Positions 8,103-18,192 of a DNA stretch of 64,000 nucleotides are shown in pieces. The stretch's first letter is position 1, and each line of letters starts with the position of its first letter. The stretch is from NCBI GenBank assembly GCA_965203555.1, contig CBDBCY010000004.1, forward strand, positions 1,696,001-1,760,000, in the 5' to 3' direction. The DNA is from Acidimicrobiia bacterium. GTDB taxonomy: Bacteria > Actinomycetota > Acidimicrobiia > Spongiisociales > ZC4RG35. The notes beneath the pieces are model-generated. The model worked only from the letters and a program-made list of their open reading frames with translations, was not told the origin of the DNA and ran no database searches. The position numbers and the translations under genes are program-made.

Positions 8103-10694
8103 TCAGCGCCTTCGTCCAAGGGGATGATATTTGTTGAAAGGCAACCGGGTCCGCCAGACCCCGTCCACTTGGTGAAGGGCCGCGGCCACCGCCCCGGCGG
8201 TCGGCACCAGACCAATCTCCCCCACCCCTTTGATCCCGTAGGGTGAATCGGGCTGAGGCTCCTCCACCAGGATCACCTCCACCTCAGGCATGTCCTTGGC
8301 GCGAATGATTCCGAGACTGCGAAGCGTCATGTTGGTGGGCCGACTGTCGGAATCGCACGGGAAGTCTTCAGTCAGGGCATACCCCAGCCCCATGTGCACG
8401 GAGCCCTCGATCTGCCCCTCGCACAGCACCGGATTGACGGCCTTACCCACGTCATGAGCGGCCACCACCTTCTCCACTCTCCCAGTCCTGGGATCGGCGA
8501 TCACCAACTGGCTGGCGTAGCCAAAAGCGGAATGGATGACGGGATTCTCCAGTCCCTCCTTCAGGCTGTTGGTCCAGTCCACCACCCAGACTCCGTGATA
8601 ATCCACCCCCGGCTCGCACCCGCCTTCCAGGGCCTTGCGGCAGGCGTCGGCCACCGAACCTGCCACCATCAGCGTGCCCCGGGACCCGGTGGTCTGCCCG
8701 GCGCCCAATTCTCTGGATGTATCCACCAGGACCTCGATCCGATCCGGGTCGATACCCAACTCCTCCACCGCCACCTGCAGGGCCACGGTGTGCACGCCCT
8801 GGCCCATCTCCGTCCAGCAGTGCCGCACCTCCACCGTCCCGTCGTGCCGGAAGCGCACCACCGACCGGGAAACTTCCCGGAAGCCGTTGCCCAGGCCGGA
8901 GTTCTTCAACCCCAGCCCCACCCCAACGGCTTTGCCCTCCGCGATCGCCCGATCGTAATGAGGCTTCACCGCTTCCAAGCACCGACGGGCACCCCGCGAC
9001 CCCTCGTCCATGATCTGTCCCGGTCCCCATATCGAGCCGGGCTCCACCACGTTGCGAGCCCGCATCTCCCAGCCGCTGATTCCCACCTTCTCGGCCAGGC
9101 GGTCTATCACTCCCTCCATGGCGAACTGGGCCTGGTTCGCCCCGAAACCTCGGAAGGCGCCGCACACCGAATTGTTGGTGCGAACCGCCACCGCCTCCAC
9201 GTCTATGGCGTCCATCACGTACGGACCGCTGGCATGGCCCGCCGCCCGTTCCAGTACCTTCATCCCCACCGAGGCGTACGGCCCCGAGTCTCCCAGCATT
9301 CGCGCCTTCAAAGCGGTGAGTTTGCCGTCGGCGTCGCAACCGGCCCACAATTCCATGCGGATGGGATGCCGTTTTGGGTGGATGTGCAGGGACTGCTCCC
9401 GGGTGAGAGTGCACTTCACCGACCTTCCCAGCAAGTGGGCCGCCAATGCGGTTTGGGCCTGGTTGGCCATGTCCTCCTTGCCCCCGAAGGCGCCGCCGTT
9501 GGAGACCAACTCCACCGTGACGCGGGAGGGGTCCATCCCCAGCACCGAGGCGATCTGGTTGCGATCGTCCCACACCCCCTGACCTCCCGAGTACACGTGC
9601 AGGGCACCGTTGGGGAAGGGCACCGCCACTGTCGATTCCGGTTCCAGGAAGGCGTGCTCCACTCGCTGGGTCCGGAACACCTCGTGCACGGTGTGGGCCG
9701 ACTCGGCCAGCGCCCGGTCCACATCTCCCCGTTTGTAGACGGAGCGGGACAGTAGGTTCCCGTCCAATCCCCACACCGCGTCCTCCGAAGCAAGGGCCTG
9801 CTCAGGATCGCTGACGGGAGGAAGAACCCCGTATTCGACGTGGATCAGATCGGCGGCCTCGCGGGCGGTCTGCACGTCGTCGGCAACTACCATGGCCAGG
9901 ACGTCTCCCGAGTACGAGGTACGCCCGCCCACCGGGATGAAAACCGGCCAATCCTTGTGGATCAGGCCCACTCGCAGTTCACCGGGGACATCGGCGGCGG
10001 TTATCACCTTCACCACCCCCGGATAATGATCGGCGGCCAACGTCTCGATCGCCAACACGTCAGCCCGGGAGTGATCGGTGAGCCGCAGCGCGGCATGCAG
10101 CATCATCGGTGAAGCCAAGTCGTCGATGTAGGGGCGGTCGCCCAGAGACAACTCCAGCGCCTCGTATTTGGCGCCGTTCTTACCGACCCCTCCGGGCCGG
10201 GCGACGGTGGGAATCGGTTCCCCCGACGCCAGCAACTCGATCGCCTCCACGATCTTGGTGTAACCGGTGCAACGGCACAGGTGGGCGCCCAGTCGCCCGT
10301 TGATAGTCCTCCGATTGAGGGCCGGGCCCTTCTGGTCGATGAGCGCCTTGGCCCTTATGACAATGCCGGGAGTGCAGAAACCGCACTGCAGTGCCCCAGT
10401 GGCTGCGAACCCGCGGGCCAGGCGGTCCCGTTCCACGGGATCCAACCCCTCAAGCGTCACGACCTCACCTCCCTTGACCCGGGTGAGCGGCATCTGGCAA
10501 CTCACGATCGCCTTTCCGTTCACCAACACGGTGCAGCAACCACACTGACCGGAGGGAGCGCATCCGTCCTTGGGCGAGATCAACCCCAACTCCTCCCGCA
10601 GCGCGGCCAGCAGGTGGGGATGATCGGCCCGCACCGACACCTCCTCGCCGTTGACCCGGAAAGAGACGGTGGGACGGGCCTGCATCAAGGTCAT
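8103..10694 (-). CDS. Molybdenum hydroxylase with fused 2x[2Fe-2S] and Mo-binding domains (selenium-dependent xanthine dehydrogenase-like)
   Basis: GCAPSGQCGCC, QCGFCTPG, HLCRCTGY, GGAFGGK, AFRGFG, EMGQG, TTGSR, KGVGE; 863 aa; no FAD domain. Confidence 0.88.
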   Translation of the reverse strand: MTLMQARPTVSFRVNGEEVSVRADHPHLLAALREELGLISPKDGCAPSGQCGCCTVLVNGKAIVSCQMPLTRVKGGEVVTLEGLDPVERDRLARGFAATGALQCGFCTPGIVIRAKALIDQKGPALNRRTINGRLGAHLCRCTGYTKIVEAIELLASGEPIPTVARPGGVGKNGAKYEALELSLGDRPYIDDLASPMMLHAALRLTDHSRADVLAIETLAADHYPGVVKVITAADVPGELRVGLIHKDWPVFIPVGGRTSYSGDVLAMVVADDVQTAREAADLIHVEYGVLPPVSDPEQALASEDAVWGLDGNLLSRSVYKRGDVDRALAESAHTVHEVFRTQRVEHAFLEPESTVAVPFPNGALHVYSGGQGVWDDRNQIASVLGMDPSRVTVELVSNGGAFGGKEDMANQAQTALAAHLLGRSVKCTLTREQSLHIHPKRHPIRMELWAGCDADGKLTALKARMLGDSGPYASVGMKVLERAAGHASGPYVMDAIDVEAVAVRTNNSVCGAFRGFGANQAQFAMEGVIDRLAEKVGISGWEMRARNVVEPGSIWGPGQIMDEGSRGARRCLEAVKPHYDRAIAEGKAVGVGLGLKNSGLGNGFREVSRSVVRFRHDGTVEVRHCWTEMGQGVHTVALQVAVEELGIDPDRIEVLVDTSRELGAGQTTGSRGTLMVAGSVADACRKALEGGCEPGVDYHGVWVVDWTNSLKEGLENPVIHSAFGYASQLVIADPRTGRVEKVVAAHDVGKAVNPVLCEGQIEGSVHMGLGYALTEDFPCDSDSRPTNMTLRSLGIIRAKDMPEVEVILVEEPQPDSPYGIKGVGEIGLVPTAGAVAAALHQVDGVWRTRLPFNKYHPLGRRR

Positions 10695-10698
10695 CGTG

Positions 10699-11646
10699 CT
10701 ACTCCGCTTCGGGCGGGAGGATCGCGCCTCGGGTCTCGCTGATCAGTCGGTAGTGCTTCGGAACCCGGTACAGGTCGAAATTGAATACGTTGTCCTTGTA
10801 GAAGCGGCAGAAGTCCAGGTCGATCCTGGCTACCGCCAACTCGTCGCCGTCGGTGATGGTCTGGCACACGATCTGACCCGACGGAGCGATGATCACGCTC
10901 TGGGCGATGTTCTCCACCCCCTCCTCTATCCCTGCCTTGGCGACGCCCACCACCCAGCATCCGTTCTGATAGGCGCCGGCCTGCATAACCACATGACTGT
11001 GGAAGTTCTGCAACGCGTTCTGCTGGGGATCGGTGGCGTAAAAATAGGGGGTGTTGTATCCGATCAGGATCAATTCGACGCCCTGCAATCCCATCACCCG
11101 ATAGGTCTCCGACCACCGCCGGTCATTGCAGATAGCCATGCCCACGATCCCCCCGAACGCCCTCCAAACCCCGAAACCGTCCGGACCGGACTCGAAAAAG
11201 TATCTCTCGGCGTGCTGGAAGGGTCGCCACTCCTGGTGTTCCGCATGTCCGGGGATGTGGATCTTGCGAAATTTTGCGACCTCGGCGCCATCCCTCTCCA
11301 CCAGTATCTGGGTGTTGTAGCGATGAGTCACACCCTCATCATCGGTGAGCACCTCGGCATAACCCAAACAGAATCCGATTCCCAGACGGGCCGCCTCGTC
11401 GAACAGTGGCTGGGTGGCTTCCGAAGGCATTTTCTTCTCGAAGAAGGAGAGCATTTCTTCTTCGTCTTCTATAAACCAGCGTGGAAAGAAGGTAGTCAAC
11501 GCCAATTCGGGGTAGACCAGCAACTCGACTTTTCGGTCAGCGGCCTCATACAGCAACTCGACCATTCGCTTCACTACGTCTTCCCGGCAGGCGTCTCGGG
11601 CCGTAGGACCCATCTGGCCCATACCCACCGTCAAGTTGCGACTCAT
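10699..11646 (-). CDS. N-carbamoyl-D-amino-acid hydrolase (nitrilase superfamily)
   Basis: E-K-C triad in YPELALTTFFPRW, FRKIHIPGH, ICNDRRWSE; GYNTP. Confidence 0.85.
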   Translation of the reverse strand: MSRNLTVGMGQMGPTARDACREDVVKRMVELLYEAADRKVELLVYPELALTTFFPRWFIEDEEEMLSFFEKKMPSEATQPLFDEAARLGIGFCLGYAEVLTDDEGVTHRYNTQILVERDGAEVAKFRKIHIPGHAEHQEWRPFQHAERYFFESGPDGFGVWRAFGGIVGMAICNDRRWSETYRVMGLQGVELILIGYNTPYFYATDPQQNALQNFHSHVVMQAGAYQNGCWVVGVAKAGIEEGVENIAQSVIIAPSGQIVCQTITDGDELAVARIDLDFCRFYKDNVFNFDLYRVPKHYRLISETRGAILPPEAE

Positions 11647-11654
11647 GGAGAGTT

Positions 11655-11684
11655 AATGTACCATTGCGTTTTACAATTTGTCAA
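11655..11684 (-). promoter_or_regulatory. Housekeeping-sigma promoter of the carbamoylase-xdh-ssnA-ygfK operon
   Basis: Minus strand TTGACA-18 nt-TACATT (preceded by TGG), 8 nt before the ATG at 11646. Confidence 0.65.
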
Positions 11685-11715
11685 ATAACCAAGAGGGAAG
11701 ACTGCAGCAGGTTTT

Positions 11716-12330
11716 ATGACGATTGGCAGGCCAGTTCAGCAAGGGCGTTGCCGGCTCGAGTTTCTGATTGAGCCGTTCATGGAAGGAAACCCCGGACCAC
11801 ATGTTCTAAGTTCCCTGGAAGTGCTGCGCAACGCCGGTATGGAGGTGGTGCTGGGCCCCTTCGGGAACACCGCGGAGGGGGATGAGGAGACATTGACGTC
11901 GCTGCTTCCCATGATCGTGCAGTCCGCATTCGAGAAAGGGGCCTCCCGCATCCTGCTCAATCTCACCAAACCGGATGCCCGGCGTACCGCAACGCCCGAC
12001 CGAGCCGTGCAGCCGGCACCTTCGGCTCAAGACGAGGCACTGGCCGGCGGTTCGGCGGTGGTCGACCCGATGACCTGGAAGGAAGCCGTGATCGACCCGA
12101 GCCGTCGCGAAGACCTGCATGGCGCAGTGGAACGAATCGTCAACGCGGTGGAAACGCAGATGGGAGGCGCCCTCGGTGAGCTGACGAGAGAGAAAAAACA
12201 GGCGGCCGTGAGAATCTTGGATGAACAGGGCGTCTTCCTCATCCGCAAGTCGGTGGAAACGGTTGCCAAGGCGATGGGGGTGAGCAGGATTACCATCTAC
12301 AACTATCTCAACGCCATCCGAGGCGACTAG
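11716..12330 (+). CDS. Putative transcriptional regulator: thiamine-binding-protein-like N domain plus YheO-type C-terminal HTH
   Basis: N domain EFLIEPF...VLGPFGNTAEG; C domain KKQAAVRILDEQGVFLIRKSVETVAKAMGVSRITIYNYL. Confidence 0.75.
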   Translation: MTIGRPVQQGRCRLEFLIEPFMEGNPGPHVLSSLEVLRNAGMEVVLGPFGNTAEGDEETLTSLLPMIVQSAFEKGASRILLNLTKPDARRTATPDRAVQPAPSAQDEALAGGSAVVDPMTWKEAVIDPSRREDLHGAVERIVNAVETQMGGALGELTREKKQAAVRILDEQGVFLIRKSVETVAKAMGVSRITIYNYLNAIRGD

Positions 12331-12403
12331 GTCTGATGATGGTGATCTACCTGCCGACCGGTCGTCGAGAAGACCCTTGTCCCATGTCAGGAAGTGAGTC
12401 GGC

Positions 12404-13594
12404 ATGACCTCCGGCGGATCCTCGGAAGGCACAGCGGCAGGCTCTCGGCTGCGCACCCAGTTGCTTTCCTACAGCGTGCCCGTTCTGGCGGTCCTGGGCG
12501 CCTTGGCAATCGGGGCGGTGATGCTGGCGGCGTTGGGGGCCAATCCGTTCACGGGATTCTGGGCGATGGCCAAAGGAGCTTTCGGAAGCGGGGGCGCCCT
12601 GGTGGAGACAGCGCTGAAGTCCACTCCCCTGTTGCTGGTGGGAGTGGGAATCACCATCGCCTTCCGGGCCAATGTGATCAACATCGGGGGAGAGGGTCAG
12701 ATGGTTTCCGGCGCTTTGGCTTCCACCATCGTGGCCTTGGGGATGACCGACGTTCCCGCTTGGACAGCCCTGCCGCTGGCGCTCTTGGCGGGAGTGGCCG
12801 GGGGAGCCGTCTGGGGCGCCATACCCGGCGCCCTGAAGGCTTATTTCGGAGTAAACGAGATACTCAGCACCATCATGCTCAACGTCGTGGCCGTGCAGGC
12901 CATGAACTACCTGCTGAGGGCACCTCTCATCGACCCGATGGAAATAGAGCGGGGCACCCGTATTCCTCAGACCGCCCGATTGCCCGAAAGCACCGACCTG
13001 CCGTTGTTTGTGGAAGGCGGGCGACTTCACATAGGACCGGTCATCGCGGTGCTGGTGGCGGTGCTGGTGTACGTGCTACTGTGGCGGACCACCTCCGGCT
13101 ATCGCATACGAGCGGTAGGACTCTCCGGCGACGCCGCCCGCTATGCGGGTATGTCCGTGGAAAGAAACGTCGTATGGGCACTGACCCTGAGCGGAGCGAT
13201 GTCAGGACTGGCGGGAGCGATCCTGGTGCTGGGTTCCGAAGGACATCGGATGGTGACCGACGGCAGCACCATCGGATTCACCGGCAGCGCCGGGTTCAAC
13301 GGTATCGTGACCGCCCTGTTCGGCGGCCTCCATCCGCTGTGGACGATTCCCTCCTCCTTCCTGTTCGGCGGCCTGCTGGTGGGCGCCATCGCCCTGCAGC
13401 GGGCGGCCCAGGTCCCCACCGCCCTGGTACTGGCGCTCAACGGACTGGTGGTCCTGTTCGTGGTCAGCCTTGATCGATACCGACGCCAGTTGAAAGAGCG
13501 TGAGGAGCGGCGAATCTCTGCGATAGCCACCGCATCACCCGACGACCACGAATCCAACCAGCCCCCCTCCCGGGAGGACGACGACGATGGCTGA
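12404..13594 (+). CDS. Nucleoside/purine ABC transporter permease
   Basis: NIGGEGQ, VNEILSTIMLN, GYRIRAVG, GFNGIVTALFG. Confidence 0.9.
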   Translation: MTSGGSSEGTAAGSRLRTQLLSYSVPVLAVLGALAIGAVMLAALGANPFTGFWAMAKGAFGSGGALVETALKSTPLLLVGVGITIAFRANVINIGGEGQMVSGALASTIVALGMTDVPAWTALPLALLAGVAGGAVWGAIPGALKAYFGVNEILSTIMLNVVAVQAMNYLLRAPLIDPMEIERGTRIPQTARLPESTDLPLFVEGGRLHIGPVIAVLVAVLVYVLLWRTTSGYRIRAVGLSGDAARYAGMSVERNVVWALTLSGAMSGLAGAILVLGSEGHRMVTDGSTIGFTGSAGFNGIVTALFGGLHPLWTIPSSFLFGGLLVGAIALQRAAQVPTALVLALNGLVVLFVVSLDRYRRQLKEREERRISAIATASPDDHESNQPPSREDDDDG

Positions 13595-14519
13595 CCTGTT
13601 TTCCGGCGTGGTGATCGTAGCCACCCTGTCTTCGGGGATCCGTTTGGCGGTGCCGCTCCTGCTGGCTTCGCTGGGAGAGGCGTTCGGGCAGCGGAGCGGG
13701 GTCCTCAACCTGGGGGTGGACGGCATCATGTTGCTGGGCGCCTTCGGCGGCTACTACACCACTCTAAAAACACAGAGTCCCTGGTTGGGATTGGTGGTGG
13801 GGTTGGCTATCGGGCTGATCCTCGGACTCCTCTCCTCGGTGATCAGCGTCTCTCTTCTGGCGGAGCAGGGCATCAGCGGAATCGGCGTTTACCTGTTCGG
13901 GCTGGGCATGAGCGATCTGCTGTTTCAGAAGCTGGTCGGCACTCCTCTTCCTGTCCCGTCCTTCCAGAAGGCCCCCATCCCCCTGCTGTCGGAGATCCCC
14001 GTGGTGGGAGATCTCTTCTTCAATCACAGCATCCCGATCTACCTGGCGTTTCTGGCCATCCCGGTCTCCACGGTGATTATCAACCGCACCCGGTTCGGGA
14101 TGAACATCCGGGCAGTGGGAGAAAACCCCGAAGCGGCCGACTCGCAGGGCATCAGCGTGACCCGGGTTCGCTACGCGGCGGTCACCATCGGAGGGGTTCT
14201 CGCCGGAGCAGCCGGCGCCGTGCTGGCCATCGGCCTGGGCATCTTCCAGCAGAACCTCACCAACGCCCAGGGCTTCATCGCCATCGCCCTGGTGTACTTC
14301 GGAGCGTGGAGACCGATCGGGGTGATGGCCGGATCGCTGGTTTACGGAATGGTCTCGGCAGTGGTGCTGCTCTTGAAGACCCGGGGGATAATCCCGCTCG
14401 GCGCATCCGATCTGGCCGCCATGATCCCGGCGATTATCACCGTGCTGGCCCTGGTGGTCGCCGCCCGCCGGTTCCGGGCGCCCAGCGCTCTCACCAAGCC
14501 CTTCATCCGGGGGGGATAG
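13587..14519 (+). CDS. Nucleoside/purine ABC transporter permease
   Basis: QRSGVLNLGVDG, IRAVGENPEAA, GFIAIALVYFGAWRP. Confidence 0.9.
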   Translation: MADLFSGVVIVATLSSGIRLAVPLLLASLGEAFGQRSGVLNLGVDGIMLLGAFGGYYTTLKTQSPWLGLVVGLAIGLILGLLSSVISVSLLAEQGISGIGVYLFGLGMSDLLFQKLVGTPLPVPSFQKAPIPLLSEIPVVGDLFFNHSIPIYLAFLAIPVSTVIINRTRFGMNIRAVGENPEAADSQGISVTRVRYAAVTIGGVLAGAAGAVLAIGLGIFQQNLTNAQGFIAIALVYFGAWRPIGVMAGSLVYGMVSAVVLLLKTRGIIPLGASDLAAMIPAIITVLALVVAARRFRAPSALTKPFIRGG

Positions 14520-14575
14520 ATGGATTTTTCATCCGACACACCGTACGAACCCAATCAACCCAAGGAGCTAACCCA

Positions 14576-16591
14576 ATGAATGTTTACAGGAAACCGGGCT
14601 TCGCCCGACTCTTGGCTGTCCTGGCGGTTCTCGCTCTGGTGGCCACCGCCTGCGGAGACGACGCCGAGGAGACGGTGACGACCCAGGCGCCCACTTCCGA
14701 GACCACCGCTGTCCCGGAGGCCCCCGATGCTGAGGAAGAAGCGCCTGAGGCCGAAGAGATGGAAGACGAGATGGAAGAAATGCCGATGGAGCCGTTGCGG
14801 ATTGCGGTGGTTGCGCCGAGCGCTTCCAATGACTTGGCATTCACCCAGAGCATCGTGGACGCGGTGAACGTGATCGCCGCGGAGCATCCGGGCACCGAGG
14901 TGGCTATCACCGACGGGACGTTCATCGTGGAGGACGCCGCATCGGCGCTGCGCGGTTACGCCGAAGAGGGCTATGACCTGGTCATCGCCCACGGTTCCCA
15001 GTACGGTGGATCCCTCCAGGAGATCGCCGGGGACTTCCCCGACACCGCCTTCGCCTGGGGCACCTCCGCCGACACCCTCGGCCAGCCCAACGTCTCCGCC
15101 TACACCGCCGCCTCCGACCAGGGCGGCTACGTGATGGGCGTGATGGCCGCCGCCCTGTCCGACTCCAGCGTGATCGGCGTGGTCGGTCCCATCGAGGTGG
15201 GCGACGCCAAACTCTATGTGGACGGGTTCCACAACGGAGCGATCGCCGCCGGCGCGGGCACCGTCAACATCAACTACATCGGCTCGTTCAGCGACGTGGC
15301 TTTGGCTTCCGAAGCAGCCCAGGCCCACATCGCCTCCGGTGCTGACGTGTTGACCGGATCGGCGCAGATGGTCGTGGGAGCGGTGGGAGTCGCTCAGGCC
15401 AACGGCGCCCTGTGGTTCGGCACCCAGGCCAACCAGACCGCCCTGTCGCCCGACCTGGTAGTGGCGTCCCAGGTGTACAAGTGGGAAGTCGTGCTGCGAC
15501 AGATCGTGGCTGACATCTCCGCCGGTTCATTGGGCGGCAAGGCATACGAGATCAACCTGGCCAACGGCGGACTGGTGATCGAGTACAACGACGGCTTCGA
15601 CCTCCCCGCCGACGTAAGAGCCAACGCCGACAACACCATCGCCGGAATCATCAGCGGAACCGTCAACACCATGGAAGCCATGATGATGCCGATGGAGCCG
15701 TTGCGGATTGCGGTGGTTGCGCCGAGCGCTTCCAATGACTTGGCATTCACGCAGAGCATCGTGGACGCGGTGAACGTGATCGCCGCGGAGCATCCGGGCA
15801 CCGAGGTGGCTATCACCGACGGGACGTTCATCGTGGAGGACGCCGCATCGGCGCTGCGCGGTTACGCCGAAGAGGGCTATGACCTGGTCATCGCCCACGG
15901 TTCCCAGTACGGTGGATCCCTCCAGGAGATCGCCGGGGACTTCCCCGACACCGCCTTCGCCTGGGGCACCTCCGCCGACACCCTCGGCCAGCCCAACGTC
16001 TCCGCCTACACCGCCGCCTCCGACCAGGGCGGCTACGTGATGGGCGTGGCGGCCGCATTGATGTCCCAGTCGGGAGTGATCGGCGTGGTCGGTCCCATCG
16101 AGGTGGGCGACGCCAAACTGTACGTGGACGGCTTCCGCAACGGCGCGGTTGCTACCCGTGGCGACGTGACCGTGAATATCAACTACATCGGCTCGTTCAG
16201 TGACGTGGCTTTGGCTTCCGAAGCAGCCCAGGCCCACATCGCGGCCGGTGCCGATGTCTTGACCGGCTCCGCGCAGATGGTGGTCGGAGCGGTGGGAGTC
16301 GCCCAGGCCAACGGCGTCTTCTGGTTCGGCACCCAGGCCAACCAGACCGCCCTGTCGCCCGACCTGGTAGTGGCGTCCCAGGTGTACAAGTGGGAGGTCG
16401 TGCTGCGACAGATCATCGCCGACATCTCCGCCGGTTCATTGGGCGGCAAGGCATACGAGATCAATCTCGCCAACGGCGGGCTGGTCTTGGAGCCCAACCC
16501 TGCATTCGATATACCCGGGGCGATGATGGATCAGATGGGAGCCGTGGTTCAGGGAATCATCGACGGCAGCATCGATACCGGCGCCAACTAG
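14576..16591 (+). CDS. BMP-family ABC substrate-binding lipoprotein with two tandem BMP domains
   Basis: AAGGAG before ATG 14576; lipobox LVATAC; acidic linker; NDLAFTQS...LVIAHGSQY domain occurs twice. Confidence 0.88.
   Translation: MNVYRKPGFARLLAVLAVLALVATACGDDAEETVTTQAPTSETTAVPEAPDAEEEAPEAEEMEDEMEEMPMEPLRIAVVAPSASNDLAFTQSIVDAVNVIAAEHPGTEVAITDGTFIVEDAASALRGYAEEGYDLVIAHGSQYGGSLQEIAGDFPDTAFAWGTSADTLGQPNVSAYTAASDQGGYVMGVMAAALSDSSVIGVVGPIEVGDAKLYVDGFHNGAIAAGAGTVNINYIGSFSDVALASEAAQAHIASGADVLTGSAQMVVGAVGVAQANGALWFGTQANQTALSPDLVVASQVYKWEVVLRQIVADISAGSLGGKAYEINLANGGLVIEYNDGFDLPADVRANADNTIAGIISGTVNTMEAMMMPMEPLRIAVVAPSASNDLAFTQSIVDAVNVIAAEHPGTEVAITDGTFIVEDAASALRGYAEEGYDLVIAHGSQYGGSLQEIAGDFPDTAFAWGTSADTLGQPNVSAYTAASDQGGYVMGVAAALMSQSGVIGVVGPIEVGDAKLYVDGFRNGAVATRGDVTVNINYIGSFSDVALASEAAQAHIAAGADVLTGSAQMVVGAVGVAQANGVFWFGTQANQTALSPDLVVASQVYKWEVVLRQIIADISAGSLGGKAYEINLANGGLVLEPNPAFDIPGAMMDQMGAVVQGIIDGSIDTGAN
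14780..16570 (+). repeat. Intragenic tandem duplication, period about 906 bp
   Basis: 14780-15142 and 15686-16048 differ at one synonymous base by my reading; the rest alternates identical and divergent patches. Confidence 0.92.
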
Positions 16592-16626
16592 CCCGAATAG
16601 GAAAGGACCAACAGGGTGACGAAACG

Positions 16627-18147
16627 ATGACGCAACTCCTGGAGATGCGAGGAATCGTGAAGCGCTTCCCCGGCGTGCTGGCCAATGATCGAGTCGACTT
16701 CGATCTGCGCGCCGGGGAGGTGCACACCCTGTTGGGAGAAAACGGAGCCGGGAAAAGCACCCTCATGAACATCCTTTACGGGCTCTACCAGCCCGACGAA
16801 GGAGAACTTCTGATTGAAGGATCGCCAACCCGGATCACCAGCCCCATCGACGCCATCAACCACGGGATCGGCATGGTCCACCAGCACTTCATGCTGGTGC
16901 CCACCCTGACCGTGACGGAGAATGTGGCGATGGGCGCCGTCACCTCGAAGAGAGGACGCATGAATCTGCGGAGGGTTGCCGACCGCATCCGAGAGTTGTC
17001 GGAATCTCACGGGTTGGCCGTCGATCCCGACGCCTATATCTGGCAACTGTCAGTGGGGGAACGCCAGAGAGTGGAGATCATCAGGGCTCTGTACCGTGAC
17101 GTCAAACTCCTGGTGCTGGACGAACCCACCGCGGTTCTGACCCCCGGCGAAGTGGAACACCTGTTCAAGATCCTCCGGCAGATGGCCCAGGCCGGACGGG
17201 GCCTGGTGTTCATTTCCCACAAACTCCATGAGGTCCTGGCTCTGAGTGACCGTATCACCGTGCTTCGTCACGGACGCGTAATGGGCGAAGTCAACGCACA
17301 GGACGCCACCCGGGAGATGTTGGCCTCGATGATGGTCGGTAGACCGGTGCGCCTGGCGCCGGACAAACCGCCGTTGGATCCGGGTCGGGCCCGCCTGACT
17401 ATTCGCAACCTCAGTGTCATGGGTGACCGCGGCCTTCCGGCTCTGGAGGATCTGAACCTCTCGGTACGAGAAGGGGAGATCCTGGGGATCGCCGGGGTCT
17501 CCGGCAACGGCCAGCGGGAGTTGGCCGAGACCATCGCCGGACTGCGGAAGCCGACTGCGGGCGCCATCGAAGTGGACGGCGCCGATATCACCGGCCACAA
17601 ACCCTCGTCCGTGAGAGGAGCAGGATTGGCGTATGTTCCCGAGGAACGCCAGCGGGACGGCGCCATCGGAGCATTCAGTGTCTCCGAGAACCTGATTCTG
17701 GTGAACCACAACCAGGCACCCATGAGTCGCAGAGGTTTCCTGCGCAACGGCGAGATCCGCCAACGGAGCCGGCAACTGGTCGACGAGTTCTCGGTGGCCA
17801 CACCCGGACTGGACGTTCCGGCATCCAATCTTTCGGGAGGCAATCTGCAAAAGCTGATCCTCGCTCGCGAGCTTTCCGGGTCGCCTTCGGTGCTGGTGGC
17901 TTCCCAACCCACCCGGGGAGTGGACATCGGGGCGGCCGAGTACATCCATGATCGACTGATCGAACAGCGAGGGTCCAAGTCGGTCGCCATCCTGCTCATC
18001 TCCGAAGACCTGGACGAGATACTGGGCTTGGCCGACCGCATCGCCGTCATCTACGAGGGCCGCATAGTCGGAGAGGTCGGGGCCGATCGCGCCGACCGGC
18101 AGCAGATCGGCCTGATGATGGCTGGAGTTTCCAACTCAGACAACTGA
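16627..18147 (+). CDS. ABC transporter ATP-binding protein (two-domain, nucleoside/sugar type)
   Basis: GENGAGKST, LSVGERQR, LDEPT; second half LSGGNLQK, SQPTRGVD. Confidence 0.93.
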   Translation: MTQLLEMRGIVKRFPGVLANDRVDFDLRAGEVHTLLGENGAGKSTLMNILYGLYQPDEGELLIEGSPTRITSPIDAINHGIGMVHQHFMLVPTLTVTENVAMGAVTSKRGRMNLRRVADRIRELSESHGLAVDPDAYIWQLSVGERQRVEIIRALYRDVKLLVLDEPTAVLTPGEVEHLFKILRQMAQAGRGLVFISHKLHEVLALSDRITVLRHGRVMGEVNAQDATREMLASMMVGRPVRLAPDKPPLDPGRARLTIRNLSVMGDRGLPALEDLNLSVREGEILGIAGVSGNGQRELAETIAGLRKPTAGAIEVDGADITGHKPSSVRGAGLAYVPEERQRDGAIGAFSVSENLILVNHNQAPMSRRGFLRNGEIRQRSRQLVDEFSVATPGLDVPASNLSGGNLQKLILARELSGSPSVLVASQPTRGVDIGAAEYIHDRLIEQRGSKSVAILLISEDLDEILGLADRIAVIYEGRIVGEVGADRADRQQIGLMMAGVSNSDN

Positions 18148-18192
18148 CCTGCAAGGTCCAAGCATGACTATCAGCACCACAGGAGGCATTCG

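Noticed and set aside
5249-11646. Selenocysteine recoding in the xdh/ssnA/ygfK operon
   Set aside because: Frames are uninterrupted and each stop is followed by a new gene start; this Xdh family uses a labile Se cofactor rather than Sec.
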